NCBI GenBank assembly: GCA_003971905.1
Contig: RSEE01000137.1
Span: 1 to 64,000, forward strand
From: Moniliella sp. 'wahieum'
Lineage: Eukaryota
Direction: 5' to 3'
Length of the DNA: 64,000 bases
Each line of letters opens with the position of its first letter. The stretch's first letter is position 1. The position numbers and the translations under genes are program-made. Shown here one piece after another: positions 1-12,272 of the stretch. The notes beneath the pieces were generated by a model. The model made no database searches, was not told the DNA's origin, and worked only from the letters and a program-made list of their open reading frames with translations.

Positions 1-16
1 CTAACCCTAACCTAAC
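1..16 (+). repeat. Telomeric repeat remnant (CTAACC)n, i.e. TTAGGG on the minus strand; probable left chromosome end
   Basis: The window begins CTAACC CTAACC TAAC, the C-strand orientation expected at a left end. Only about 2.5 units are present. Confidence 0.75.
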
Positions 17-232
17 GACACCGAATCTGGTGTCTGCCAGCTAGATCAGGAGGTGTGCTGAAAAAAATATTTTTGCGTTGGGTGGTGGTGGTAGGTGGTG
101 GGGACGGCCTCCGGGTGGTGGTGGTGGTGGTCGCGGCGGCGGGCGGCGGGCGGCGGCGGCGTTGCTATTTAATTAATGCTGGTCACCGGTGGGCGGTCAC
201 GGACGGGCCGGCGGGACGGAGCATCGTCAGAC

Positions 233-827
233 AGCGTTGGTCAGCGGTCAGCCAGTCACCGGCCAGGGCTTGTCGGGCCGCGGGCCATCTCAGACCTTGT
301 ACGATTCTCACCAACCGGGCTCGCTGGTTTTCACCTAGTGGTTTTTCAAACAAGGTGGGGGCCGATTTCAAATTGAAAATCACCAATTGATGCTGACAAC
401 ATATGTCTAGGTGTTGGAAATGGGGGTCGCAAAACAAGTGGTGGAGGTAGCAGTGGAGATGGCAGTGGGGCGGGAGTAAAGGTGGTAGTGGAGGTGGGAG
501 TGGGGGTGGAAGTGGGGGTGGGAGGGCTGGCGTGTGCGTTGGAGGCGGCGGCGCGGCGAGTGGGGTGTGCAGTGACAGTGGCGGTGGCGGTGGCAGTGCT
601 GGGGTAAGTGATGCGAGCAGCAGCACCTTCTGATGGTCAGAGCGTTGGTCAGCACGGTCAGCGGTCAGCCGGTCACCGGCCAGGGCCTGTCGGCCGCCGG
701 CCCGGCCCAGAGCTTGTACAATTTTCACCAACCGGGCTCGCTGGTTTTCACCTAGTGGTTTTTCAAACAAGGTGGGGGCCGATTTCAAATTGAAAATCAC
801 CAATTGATGCTGACAACATATGTCTAG
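233..827. repeat. Subtelomeric direct repeat, two copies (about 233-410 and 641-827), period 417 bp
   Basis: 308-410 is identical to 725-827 (103 bp). The upstream parts are similar but diverged. Both copies end at ...ATATGTCTAG and are preceded by GGT/GGC-rich spacers. Confidence 0.9.
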
Positions 828-2230
828 CCCTTCCACCACTCTGCGTTGTGGCGCCTCTTCCGCTCCGTTCTGCACCACTGCGCCCCTGGGAGCCAGTGGC
901 GACGGCCCATGGCGACGGCAGACAAAACGGACTCATCCCCCGACATATGGGTTGAAAAGGCGGTGTGCGCATACAGCGGGCGTAAGCACAAGGGGCGAGG
1001 CCGAACAGGAGCTGGAGGGAGCTGGGAGCGAGAGTATACACGGGGGACGCATCGACGCGACGTGGTCTGTGCTGCGATTGGCTCAGACACTCGCCCAGTG
1101 CGGCGGGCGCTCCGCGCGGCTGCGAACGGGCCACGTGACACAAATTGTGGCTGAGCAGCGCTGCGCCGCCACCGCTAACCCGCCCGCAGTTGTGCGGCAC
1201 CACCACCATCACCACCTACACCCTTTTCTGCGGCCATCCCATCCCTGGCGCAGCCCATCCACTCCCCTGTGGTTCCCTCCTTCTCGTGCGTGACTGCGTA
1301 CCGAACGATTGCCGGCCGCCCATCCGACGTGCGGCCAGGGCAAGTCCGACGCTGGTGTGGCTGGTGCCAGCGCGCATGAGGCCGTCTGAGATTTGCGAGT
1401 GATCGGACGTATGCACCGCTGCACGTGCATCTTCCCAAGGGCTGGTGTTGGTGGCTGCAGTTGCTTCCCAGCCGGATGCGGGTGAGGCGGCGAGGGCCGC
1501 AGCCTGAGGTTGATTGCTGTGCGTCGGGCCCTGCTGGATAACCAAGACGCCTCACTTCAAGGTGAGCCACGTTGGGGGAGGGAAGAGCACACCAGCATAG
1601 TCTGGGCGCTCTATGTTCAAGAGGAGATGCCCGCATCCACCAGTCCGAGGGGAAGCGATCACACTAAGAAAGTGTGCAATATGTGCACCATTGCTCCCGT
1701 TTCCTGACCAAATGTGCCACCATTCAGATCTCCTCGTGCGTCTTGGGCCGTCGTGTTTGCGATGCCAGCAATGCCGTTTTCTTGTACCCCCTCAATTACC
1801 GCGCCACGGCGGAGGATTGTAGTGGTCCAAAATTGAGGTCTTCAGCTAATGAGTTCGTTTGGGTTGTGTACTAATAGCAGGGAACGCGGTGGGCGATGGG
1901 TGCTGTTTGCTCGAGCAATTCGCTTCCATCCGTGAGCCGAAGGAACGAGGGTCAGTTCGCTACATATGCCTATCGTGTCATCTGCCAGTGTACATAGTGT
2001 GGCACTATCGTTGGCAGGGAAAAGCAAAGAGAGATGACGCAAGCGAGATCATGTCATTTTGGTATGCACTGGAACATAGGAGGATGGAGACATGCTCTGC
2101 AGAGATGATGTGCGTCGTTTGTCCATCATTCTTGCCGCCGCTGACAGTTTTGCTAGCACAACACCCGCCCCCCCAAAAGCCATATATGTCCAAGATCCTA
2201 GCCGCCATGTGCGGTTGAATACGTCCCAGG

Positions 2231-3199
2231 TTACTTTTTGTTCTTTAACACCCAGCGTCGTTCCAGCTCCTGGCACCGCTTGGCCGCGGACCAGTCTGGG
2301 TACTGGTTACAAATCTGGGGGATCTCCGTTTTGGCAAACAGATTAAAGGGGCGTTTGAATACGCTGACGGGACCGACAGTCTTGCTTTTCTTCCAAACCC
2401 GATCCACCTTCTTCATCGTAGTTTCCATGGACCACTCTGGATTCTCTCGAAACAATACAGGAAATAGGATCGCAACCATATCGCGATACTCCCGAACAGC
2501 ATAGGGCTTCTGCTTAACCGCGCCCAAGTTCTTCCATTGCATCAGGATATGCTTTCTCCTCTGCGAGGGAAGCAACTCAATCAAGGGCTGGTCCGGGTGT
2601 TCGCTTTCCTTCTGCTCTTGGCGAATCAGCATGGCTTTCTCCTGCTCTTCTTCAAACAAGATGAACCCAGGTTCGTTCGCCGTCACTTGATCCTCCCACA
2701 TGGCCCGCTTGTACACCTGCCACCGTCGCGCTCCTTCTGCCATCACGGCGCACTTGCCGGGGAATCTGCCATGGAGTTTGCTTTCTCGCATTACATCGGG
2801 CGTAATCAGCTGAGGTATTGTTGGTAGTGTAGATGCTCCGCGCCGGTGTATCTTCTTCTCCTCGTTGGCTTGTTTCTTCTTGAGTGGGCAGCGGAGCGGA
2901 TGCAGGTGCAGGGCGGAAGCTGGAGTAGAGGCCGGAGTGGAGGCTAGAGCGGAGGCAAGGACCGGGTCAGGAGCGGAGACAGGAGCTGGTCGCGTCCTGG
3001 CGCGGTGGGCCGTCGGCGGAGTGAAGGGCTTGATCGGAAAGATCCCTACGCGGAGGACCTTGCGTCCGCCGCGCCGACCCTGCAGTGGTTGTGCAGCCGT
3101 GTGGAGCGCGTGGAGGCAAATGAGGGGTGCGGTGGCGGAGAGAAGGGTCCGAGGGCGCACGAGCGGTAAGGCGGCCCGCAGCGCCAGGACGAGGACCAT
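2231..3199 (-). CDS. HMG-box protein with a mitochondrial-presequence-like N-terminus (Abf2/TFAM-like candidate); 3' end uncertain
   Basis: In-frame ATG at 3199 (MVLVLALRAALPLVRPRTLLSAT..., Arg/Leu/Ala-rich, no acidic residues). HMG-like segments QWKNLGAVKQKPY, ENPEWS...KVDRVWK and KRPFNLFAKTEIPQICNQYPDWSAAKRCQELERRW. TATATATA lies at about 3282-3289 upstream. Confidence 0.6.
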   Translation of the reverse strand: MVLVLALRAALPLVRPRTLLSATAPLICLHALHTAAQPLQGRRGGRKVLRVGIFPIKPFTPPTAHRARTRPAPVSAPDPVLASALASTPASTPASALHLHPLRCPLKKKQANEEKKIHRRGASTLPTIPQLITPDVMRESKLHGRFPGKCAVMAEGARRWQVYKRAMWEDQVTANEPGFILFEEEQEKAMLIRQEQKESEHPDQPLIELLPSQRRKHILMQWKNLGAVKQKPYAVREYRDMVAILFPVLFRENPEWSMETTMKKVDRVWKKSKTVGPVSVFKRPFNLFAKTEIPQICNQYPDWSAAKRCQELERRWVLKNKK

Positions 3200-4334
3200 G
3201 GTGTGCCGAGGGATAGTATGGGCTGGGCAGGAGGATGCGGGTGGAAGGGAGGAAAGGAGGGCAGAGGGGAAGACGTGTCGGTATATATACAGCGTCCAAG
3301 TGAAGGGTGCATATGGGAGGAGCGTGAGAGGGCGTCGGAAGAGAAGGAGAAAAGGCACCGGCGCAGTGTAAAACACAAGGACGGCGAAACGGCCTGTGGA
3401 ACAGATGCGTCGGCACTGGAGCGCAGTAGGAGAAGGCCACTCCTCTGCCTCCCTCGTCTCGTGCGGCGCTCGGAAGCTCCGCACCCTCTGAACGTCCCAG
3501 CCAACTCAGTGCGAGAGTCTCTCGTGCCTTTCACCCAGTCCTCGAGCCGATCGGCGCTGGCTCCTACTACTACTTACTAGAATCCGGCCCAGCTTGAGTC
3601 CTCGCCAGAACAAATCATCTCGCGAGTGGAGACCCGCTGTGGCTCTTCCCCGTTGCTCTCGCCCCCCGACATGGCGGATGAGGCGGACACAATGGCCAGG
3701 ATGGCATGGTGCCAAAGGGACGAAGAGGGACCGATGTCCACAACGAACACCAGTCGGTACAATGAAAGGGAGGAGACAGGGCAACTGAGTAATGATATGC
3801 GCCCACACTGAGCGATGACGCGAACGATCTGCTGCACAGTATATATTAGTACCACCGCATATGAGTACTGCGAGGATCATGCATCTCTTCGAGTGGTTAC
3901 GGACACATCCAATCGCTGGAGCATACCACTCTGCAGCCAGGGACTCCACGGGTCCACAGTGCTTCAAATGGCAGATGAAGACGGAAGAGTGAGGCCAAGA
4001 TGTACATCATGATCTCCTTTCAATGTCTCCTCTCCGATCATATTCCTTCTGTCGCCGGTATACTCGCCCCCCAAACGCACATGGATTGCAGCGGGGCGAG
4101 GGCAAAAGCCTGTCTAATCCGACTGGGCGTCTGCCATTCCTACTACAGACTTGGCCCAGCCACCCCAACCTTCCAACACGCAGATGATGAGCAAACAATA
4201 TGCATATGAGTGTGGTCCACCAGTGCCACTGGCGCCTGTGAGCACAAGTAGACTTTTTGAGAGGGGGCCAGTGCGGGCCCCAAGCGTCAGGGGGGGGGAG
4301 ACAAACGAGGGACGAGGGTAGCACCAGGCACGTA

Positions 4335-7300
4335 CTATACCGAGTCGTCGTTTGCAGGCGGCACCGCCATCTCCCGAAGGGCCACGGCCGCCGAGGTATC
4401 TTGCAGGCGAGCGAGGGGCAGGGCCATGTTCATGTCCTTGCCCGAGAAGAGCGAATGGTTGTGGAGTGCGGCCAAGCCAATGTCCTCGTACTCGCGAAGA
4501 AGGGTGCGCACCTGCTTCACCACCATCCGAGGGAAGGCGTGGCACTCCATCCGGTCCAGCAGCCACTGCGCGCGTCGAGGTGGCCGGCAACGAGCTCGAC
4601 TTGGATCATGACAAGGTACGTCGACGTGTCGCGGGCGGTGGAGTGCCATGGGTTGAGCGTGGCCGCCGCTGGTGGCGGCGATCGTGGCGGAGCGGCGGGG
4701 GTGGGGAGGTGGAGGTGGAAATGGGATGGCAGTGGGCATGGGAGGGAGGGGGGGGCAGTGCGGGAGGGGACACGCGGATCGGCGGAGGCGGGGAGGCGGC
4801 ACGATCCACCTCCGGCGGCATGATGCCGGCGTAGGACGAGGGCATGGGGTGGGCGGCCTTCATGCGGGCCAGACGGTTTGCGGGACGGCTTGGACGTGTG
4901 CGGATCGACCTTGTCGCGCATCGAGGCAAACACCTTGCGCGCCTCGGCCACGCCTGCTCGCCGTCGACGCCATACGCACGCAGGACCACGTTGGCATGGT
5001 ACGGCGTCAACTCCACCCCTCGGCCGCGAGGCGGCTGCGTAAAGTCATACAGCACGTCCAGCTTCTTGTGGTGGGCGTACACCTCCATCATCGCCTGGTG
5101 GCACAGCGCGTCGGGCAGCGACGCCGCAAAGCGCGTCCCGACACCTGGGTGATCGAATCGTAGATCCCTGTGCCTTGTCGATGTTGTTGGTGTGGATGCC
5201 GTACGCGGTGATGAGCGTGGCCAAGTGCATGGCCTCGATCGCGTTGGCGTCGCGAATCTGATCAAACGTCTCGAGCAGCTTGGTTTCGTCCACCGGTTCG
5301 ATCGACCATACGCGTCCAGCAGCAGCTTCCATGTGTAGCCCGCAAAGACGAGGTGGTAGGACCGCATCTGCTCAACGTACTGCAGCACCAAGTCCCGCCT
5401 GCCGTTGCGGACAAAGCAGCTGAGCAACGTGTTGTAGGGCGCCGTCGTGGGCCGGAAGTGGTCCATCTCGCGCAGCCGTTCGAAGAAGAAACAGGCGCGG
5501 GGGATGTTGTTGCGGCGGGCAAAGACGGTGATCAGGGCATGGTAGGTGGCCTTGGAGGGCTGGATGCGGTAGTCCCGCATCAGCTTGTAGTAGTCCAGCG
5601 TCTCTTTGCCCCGGCGCGCGCGGCCCATGGCGGTGATGATGGCGTTGAAGAGGTCGACGGTGGGCGGGACGCCGAGGCGGATCGCCTCGCTAAACAGTTC
5701 CCTCGCCACCACCACCATCGTCCGGCAAGGCTTGGCTCCCGCTGATCATGGCGCTGTACGCCTGCTCCGAAGGCAGCTGTCCTGCGTCGAGGAGGCGTTG
5801 GCGGTGCGCGTTGGCCATCTGGATCCGGCCCATGTTCGACAAGGCACAGATCACCGCATTCTCCAGGCGGACCCAGGCGTGGATGATGTGGGCAACCGAG
5901 TCGGTCATGTTGCGCGTGACGTACAAGCCGAGGAGGTAGAGTTTCTTAACGTTCTCCATCTCGTACCGCGCGCCGCACACCTGGATCAGCGCCGTGACGT
6001 ACGACGGCGTGGGGTACCTGCCGTGCCGCGCAGAGGCGCGGAACTGGTCCCAGACGCGCTCCATGCGGAACTCGAGCGATTCCGAGCTGAACGTCTCGTG
6101 CGCCGCCGCGCTCACCTTGGCGCTGATCTCCACCACGCGCGACAGGCGCATGGGCAGCTTGTGCGCGATGGTTTCCAGTGTCTGCGCGTCGGTGCCGAGC
6201 GATGCACGCGCCCTCTGCGAGATGACCGGCAGCCGCATGTTGGGTAGCGAGACGGGCGGAGCGGGAGGCTCCCCAAAGAGGGGCGCCTCCCATGGCATGG
6301 TATACACCGCGCGGAAGTAGTAGGGGTTCATCTTCTCGAGCAGGGGAACCACCACGTCCTCCGAGTAGCGTGTCAGCAGCATGGCAAAGGCGGCGCCCAT
6401 GCTGGGACGAACGATTGTAGGGCGCGGCGGGTTGTTTCCGCACCACTCGACGCTCTCCGTGGTCTCGGTCGTCTCGGTCGTCTTGTTCTTCGTCTTGTAC
6501 TTGGCCTTGTACATGTCCTTGGGCTTGGACTTGGTGGGGCGCGGGAGCATGAGGGGCAGCAGGCGCGCATAGTCGTCGGCCACCATCCCGGGGCCGCGAG
6601 ACGTCAGGCGGGCCAGATCGGCGTCTAAAGCCTGCTCTTCATGGGCAAACGCACGGAGGAGCGTTGTCCATTCGTCGGCGGAAAACAGGCGGAGGAGCGT
6701 CGCGCTGGTGCTGAGGGACTTGGCGGTAGACCGCAGCGAGGCGAGGGGACCAGATGTCGACATAGGCCACGCCGCTGCTGCGGTCCACAGCCCTGCAGCA
6801 GCGACGGGTAGGTGCGCAGGAGCGGCGTGAAGGTGGTCACGGGCGCGGAGGAGCGTCGCGGGCGCCAACTTGGGCTGGCCGGCCGGATGGCGCATCGTCA
6901 GGCCGATCAGCTGGCACATGCGCCTGGCCACCGCGGCGGTCTTGCGTCGCAGGGTGGCCATCTTGAGCCGGTACTCGTTCGGTGAGCCGCCGAGGACCGT
7001 GTCGACGCACGCCGTCGTCCAGCGCAGCACATGCGCCAAGAGCAACGCCGCGTCGGCCGCGCGGGCTGGCGGATGCAGTTGTCGGCGAGGAAGAGCAGGT
7101 GGGCGTAAACTGGGTCGTCTGGGGCAGGGGCAAGGCGTATCCCTGCGCGACGCCCGAGGAGAAGGCCGTGTGGACCAAGGACAAGAGCGCCGACAGCTGC
7201 GCGCGATCCATTTTGGCCACCACCTGCGGCGACACGATTTTCTCAAACAGGTCCAGGTGGATGAACGTGTGGCGCAGACGCGCTTGCTTCATGTGGCTCG

Positions 7301-9681
7301 CCATGCCTGAGCAGATGCGCGTACAGTCCCGTCCCTTGCCCTCCTCCCACAGCGCCGCATCCGCCTTCCCCAACGCCGAGTCCACGTGCAAGTTGGTCAA
7401 GGAGAGCAGAAGCTCAAAGGATGGGATGGCGACTCTTGTGAGTACTAAGCAAGGTCGTGTACCACGCGGTCGCAGCGGCAATCCCCTGGTTGGCAGCGAG
7501 ACTGACGAGCATGATGGTCACCGTGTCCCGCATGGGCGGAGGAATGTTGGACGCCGGTATGGAAACCGTCTTGGAAGGTATTTGGTTGGCCATCCGATCA
7601 AACACACGAAGCGCACCCTCTGTCTGTCCCAAGAGGAAGTGAGCATGGATCATGCCGTTCCAGGCGAGTGCGAGAGGCTGGACGTTCTCCCACCGACGAA
7701 AGTGGCCATCCGACGTGTCGAAAAAGGGACGTTTCGAACCGGAACTTGGCTCGGTCGAGTCTGGCGACGTGCCAATGAACCAATGGTGCACCGCAGCGTC
7801 AAACACACCCTGCAACCTCTGCAGCGCCGCAACCTTCCACGCCGTGTCGGCGTCGGGGGGGGGAACAGCATAGTTCGAAAAGGGTTCGTGCCAGTCGACG
7901 TTGAGTTCGAGAGGCTGCAGCAACTTGTGGCCCACAAGCGAGCGGAGAAGAAAGACGAACGTCAGGGGGGGTAATGGAGTCTTGCGGCAACGCGGTGTTC
8001 TCTTGCATCAGGTCCAACAGCTCCATCCCGGCACGGGCGTCGGATCGAGCGGCTGTGACCTCCAGCAGAGCTACATACGGCCGCGCCCGCAAAGGACGGA
8101 GGGAAGGGACCGTATTGAGGGCGTAGAGGAGAGCAATGGCAAAGTCAAAGTTGGACACTCCTTGGGAAACCACCTGGATGTCAGAAACGTCGCTCTGCGT
8201 TGGTGCCACCTGTTCCTGCTCGGCCGAGTGGGACTTGGTAGGGCTGGAGGGGTCGTCGAGGCTCTCTGTTGCGCACACGTGTCTTGCTCGGGGTGGAGAA
8301 ACAGCTGTTGCAAGAACGGCGAGACGGTCTCCCTAGGGAAGAGGGAGAAAAAGTCGAGAATGTGGGCAATGAACTGATTGTCAATCGGGCCATACGGGGC
8401 GGTGGTACGAATCCAGTCGAGGATCTCCGCTTGCGCACCGTCGCAGGCGGCAGTCGAGGCGTGCCGGACAGCAAGGAGAAGGGCAGTGATGCGGGCGTTG
8501 AAACTGGCGGGCCGTTGGGAAACCGGCACGGTACACGCCTTTTCATACAGCTCCCGGGCCTTGATCAGTGGCCCGTCGCCCGGTGCTTGGCCGGCTGTCG
8601 CAACTCGGCCCACAAGTCGTGCAGCTGAGCGGTGATGGAAACGATCGTATCCTGGTTCAAGGCCGTCAGCAGCGATCGGTTCGTTCGCTTCTGCCACGAG
8701 GGCGAGGGTGGTATAGTCGACAAGGGTCCGGGCGATGCGCTGGGCCAGTGCCATGGTCGCCTCCTTGTCGATCTGGCGAAGCGGACGCTTGACAGGCCAA
8801 GGAGGTGCAACGCCATCCGGCGTCTCCTCGGGTACAAAGCGCATTGTCGTCTGCTCCAACTCGGGAGGCGCCGTCTCCCCACCAAACCAGGGGGCGTGCC
8901 CATGGGCTCGCGTGCACCAAGCGGTGGCTCTACCGGAGCCAGGGAAGCGTAGCCGCGGGATGCGATGCCCTGTCCGCTAGACGGCCGGGGGAAGGGGGTG
9001 CGTGTGCGTGTGCGAGTGCGATTGTGGGTGTGGGTGCGGAGCGGGAGAGAGGACAGACGGGCCGGAGCGGGGCTGAGGAGGCAAGGGAAGGAGGAGGAAA
9101 CAGAAGCAGAAGCGCGAGGGAGGTGCGCCAGTGGACTGCCATGCGCCGCGGCGCACCTCCGTCCAGAGCTGGCGCCGGAGGAACACAGGTGGTGGAGGCA
9201 TCGCTGGACGTGGGCATGGGACGGACGGAGCAAAAGGCGTGTCGCAGGTGCCTGTTGTAGCGTTCGGTTCGTGGCGGCGCGCGCATCATGGGGGCCATGG
9301 CCGAGAGCACGTGGGGGTGCCGGGACGCGACGCGGAGACGGACGGAGGCGATGGAGGCGCGGCGCGCGGTCGTCCGACAGGGCTAATGGGTCGGAGGGCA
9401 GCGTCTGTGCCGTCGGGCGTTGGGGCAGGCGCAGCTGGCAAGGCAAAGGCAAACAGGCGCGGTGAGCAACGAGGAAGACAAAGGGGGGGGTGCGGACACG
9501 GGACCTACTTGGATGCTGGCGGGACAAGCGGCGGTGGAGGCAGCGGTGGAGGTGCGCGCACAGCACCCGCGACAGTGGCGACGGTGCTGGGCGCGCGGCC
9601 GCGGGTGGCACAGGGTGTGGCATGGGCGCCGGCGGGGGCAAGGCGTGCGAGATGGAGGGAGACGCAGGAAGGAAGGGGCAT
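4335..9681 (-). CDS. Large mitochondrial pentatricopeptide-repeat (PPR) protein, CYA5/Pet309-like; many indels, start uncertain
   Basis: Tandem PPR motifs such as PTVDLFNAIITAMGRARRGKETLDYYKLMRDYRIQPSKATYHALITVFAR and PTTAPYNTLLSCFVR. ORF pieces 8071-8859, 7414-7935, 5690-7246, 4606-5718 and 4335-4802 chain across frameshifts. Probable GTAGGT..CAG intron near 9435-9508. Confidence 0.85.
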
Positions 9682-10270
9682 GGCGGGCTCCTTCTTTGCT
9701 ACGTCGGGCGCGATGATGGGCACGTGTGGGAACGGGGGGGGGGGGGGGCGAGCAGCGGTGGTTGTGGTGGTGATGGCGGTGACGATGGTGGTGGTGGTGA
9801 TGGTGGCGATGGCGGTGACGATGGCGGTGACGGTGACGATGGGGGCGAAGAGGCCGGCGGACACACTAACGGCCAGGAAGCGACGCTTGTTGGCTGCGCT
9901 GCTTGCTTTTTCTTGTCGGCCGGCAGCGGGAAATCTGCTTACGTGGATCAGCGGTGCCGGCGGGTGGAGTAAATTACGTCAGCTGCTCCGCCCGCTCTCT
10001 GGCAGGTCAGGCCTGCTACTCCGTACTTGTTCGCCTACATCCGCTCCAATCCAGTCCCATCGATCTGCGTGGATCCTACTGCACCCACCCGCCCATCTGC
10101 ATCCGTCCGCGGGAAGAGAAACGTCAAAATATCGTCGATTGGTGCCCCACATCCGCATCTCATCTATGTCTCCTGCCGGGGGGGAGGAGGGGTTGGGGCG
10201 TGTGGGACGGTTGCAGCAAAGCGCGAAGAGAAAGAGCGGCGGAGGGGACGCCGACTGACACAAGATACAC

Positions 10271-12272
10271 TTACCCCGAATCGCTCGCGTTCTGCTGGAT
10301 CAGCTCGGCGGCGATTTCGCCAATGCCATAGGTGACCGTCAGCAAGTGTTGGGACAGGGAGATGGGGGGCACCGACGCGTCGGCGACACGCAGAGCTTGG
10401 TGTTGTACACCGCAGCTCATCGTCCACCACCCCGCCGTGCTCGAGGGGCATCATGGCGCACGAGGAGGAAGGGTGGTACTCGGTGGCGAATTGGGACCGA
10501 ATGTATTGGTTCCAGTCGTGCTCGCTCTGTACCTTGGTGCCTGGTTGGGTTTCGTTGGCCACGTACGGCGCCAGCGCGTGGGAGGTACCAATGGTGCGCG
10601 CCAACTGGCATCCGGATCGCAACACGTCCAGGTCCACCTTGTTCTTTACGTAGGCGGGTCAATCGCCGGCGGATCAAATGCATTGTCCGACGTGATCTTC
10701 ACAGAGCCTTGCGACGTGGGATGCTGCAAGCCGCACTGCACCGAGATGGCGCCGCTGGCCAGGAACCACAAAATCTCAATGGCGGGTATGTCGGCGGGTA
10801 GAGCGAGTTGGCCAACTGGCCTAATGCGGCACGGTACCTTCCTGCACCGTCGACGGGGCCTGGTAGGCCTGGACAAACTTGTCGGTCGACGAGGTAATGT
10901 TGGAGATGACGGCCTTGGCATTGTTACCTTGGACAGCGGGACATAGGCCACCGCACTGTTGAAAACCCGTCCTGTTTCGCCTTGCCCGTCAACTTGGGCG
11001 CGGCATTTTGGCGCCCTGGGCCGGCGCAAAGTTGACGGCTCCGCTCAGGTGGTCTTGCATGTGAAAGCCGACGCCGGGTACGTTGGCCACTGCTCAATTC
11101 CCAGCGGATCCAAGATCGACTTGTCTGCCACGCCTGAAAGCTGAAGCAGCTGCGGCGATCCCATGACTCCGGCCGACAGGATGATCTCCTTGTTGGCTTT
11201 GACCGTCCGACCGTCGAATGGTTGGACTGGGCAAACTGGACGGCGGTAGCGCGGGGCGGATGGGAGGAACGGTCAAACAAGATCTTGATGGCTTGGTGGC
11301 AACGAGCACATGCAGATTGGAGCGGCCCAGGACGGGGTCTAGGTAGGCAGTACGCGAAAAAGAGCGGGTCCAGTTGGACGGGTTGAGGGCAGAGGTGCTG
11401 AGGAACGGGCCAGTGTTGTTGCCACTATCGGGATCCTTGTTGATCGGAAGACCGAGTGTGTCCGAAGCGCCCTGCAAAAAGGCGCCCACAGAAGGAAACG
11501 TAATCCCGGGCCAAGCTGGCATGCACGTTGCCTTGGTGCCGTGAGAGCTTGGTTCGTAGGCCACAAGGACGACTTTTGCGACGCGGCGCCTTGGCCAAGG
11601 TCCGCTGCACGCTGGGTTGGGGGGGTGAAGGTCTCGGACTTTTCATTGCGTTCAACATGTTGTCCACCCCCACGTCTTGGACGCGTCGGGGGAAATGCCG
11701 GAAACAAGTTGGCCCAGCTTTCTTGCTCGGCAGCCGGCTGGCGAACAAAGTACATGCCGTTGATGGCACTTGATCCGCCTACCAACAAGCCAACCGAAAA
11801 GGCGTGGAGCCATGTTAGCCAAAGATATCCCCAACAGAAAGAGGAGAGAGAGAAACGGCGTACCGAGAACCTTGCCACGAGGGTAGTATACAGACCGTCC
11901 ACCCAACCCGGTTTGGTTGACGGTGTTGTCGGCCCAATCCTTGGCGGTATGCTCAGAGGAATTGTACAGCATCGCACTGGGCGTCGTGATAGATGGATCG
12001 CCCTCGCCACTTTCACCCGCCTCAATTACCGCCACTTGTGGACGAATCCTCGGTCAAGCGAGACCACCAGGCCTGCCGTGCCGCCTCCACCACGACATAA
12101 TCAAACGCTTGGCCATCAAACTTTTTGCCGTTGCTGCTGATGCCCGGCGGGGAGGCGCGAGAAGCGAGATGGCTGTGGCGCCGTTCAAACCCGCCATGAT
12201 GCGTGGTCAGTTTAGCGGCGACCGCAGTCAATGTGGTGGCGAGCACAGCCAGCTGCAACAGCCAAGTCGCAT
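10271..12272 (-). CDS. Secreted GMC oxidoreductase (AA3; glucose oxidase/dehydrogenase-like); 3' end uncertain
   Basis: Signal-peptide-like start. FDYVVV(GGG..G), VAVIEAG, YPRGKVLG|GSSAINGM (intron 11779-11863), RSFSRTAYL, C-terminal TEYHPSSSCAM and VVDAS...SQHL. A GTAAGT donor near 10274 suggests a further exon. Confidence 0.9.

Noticed and set aside
634..650. TGGTCAGAGCGT shared with the tRNA D-arm, suggesting a SINE
   Set aside because: Only 12 nt, no B-box, and it is embedded in GGTCAG repeats.
17..827. Penelope-like telomeric retroelement or hammerhead ribozyme
   Set aside because: No CTGANGA/GAAA core, no RT ORF, and no telomeric repeats at the unit junctions.
1321..1370. HPTCGQGKS and LVWLVP as RecQ telomere-linked helicase motifs I and Ia
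   Set aside because: Wrong spacing, different frames, and no DEAH or later motifs.
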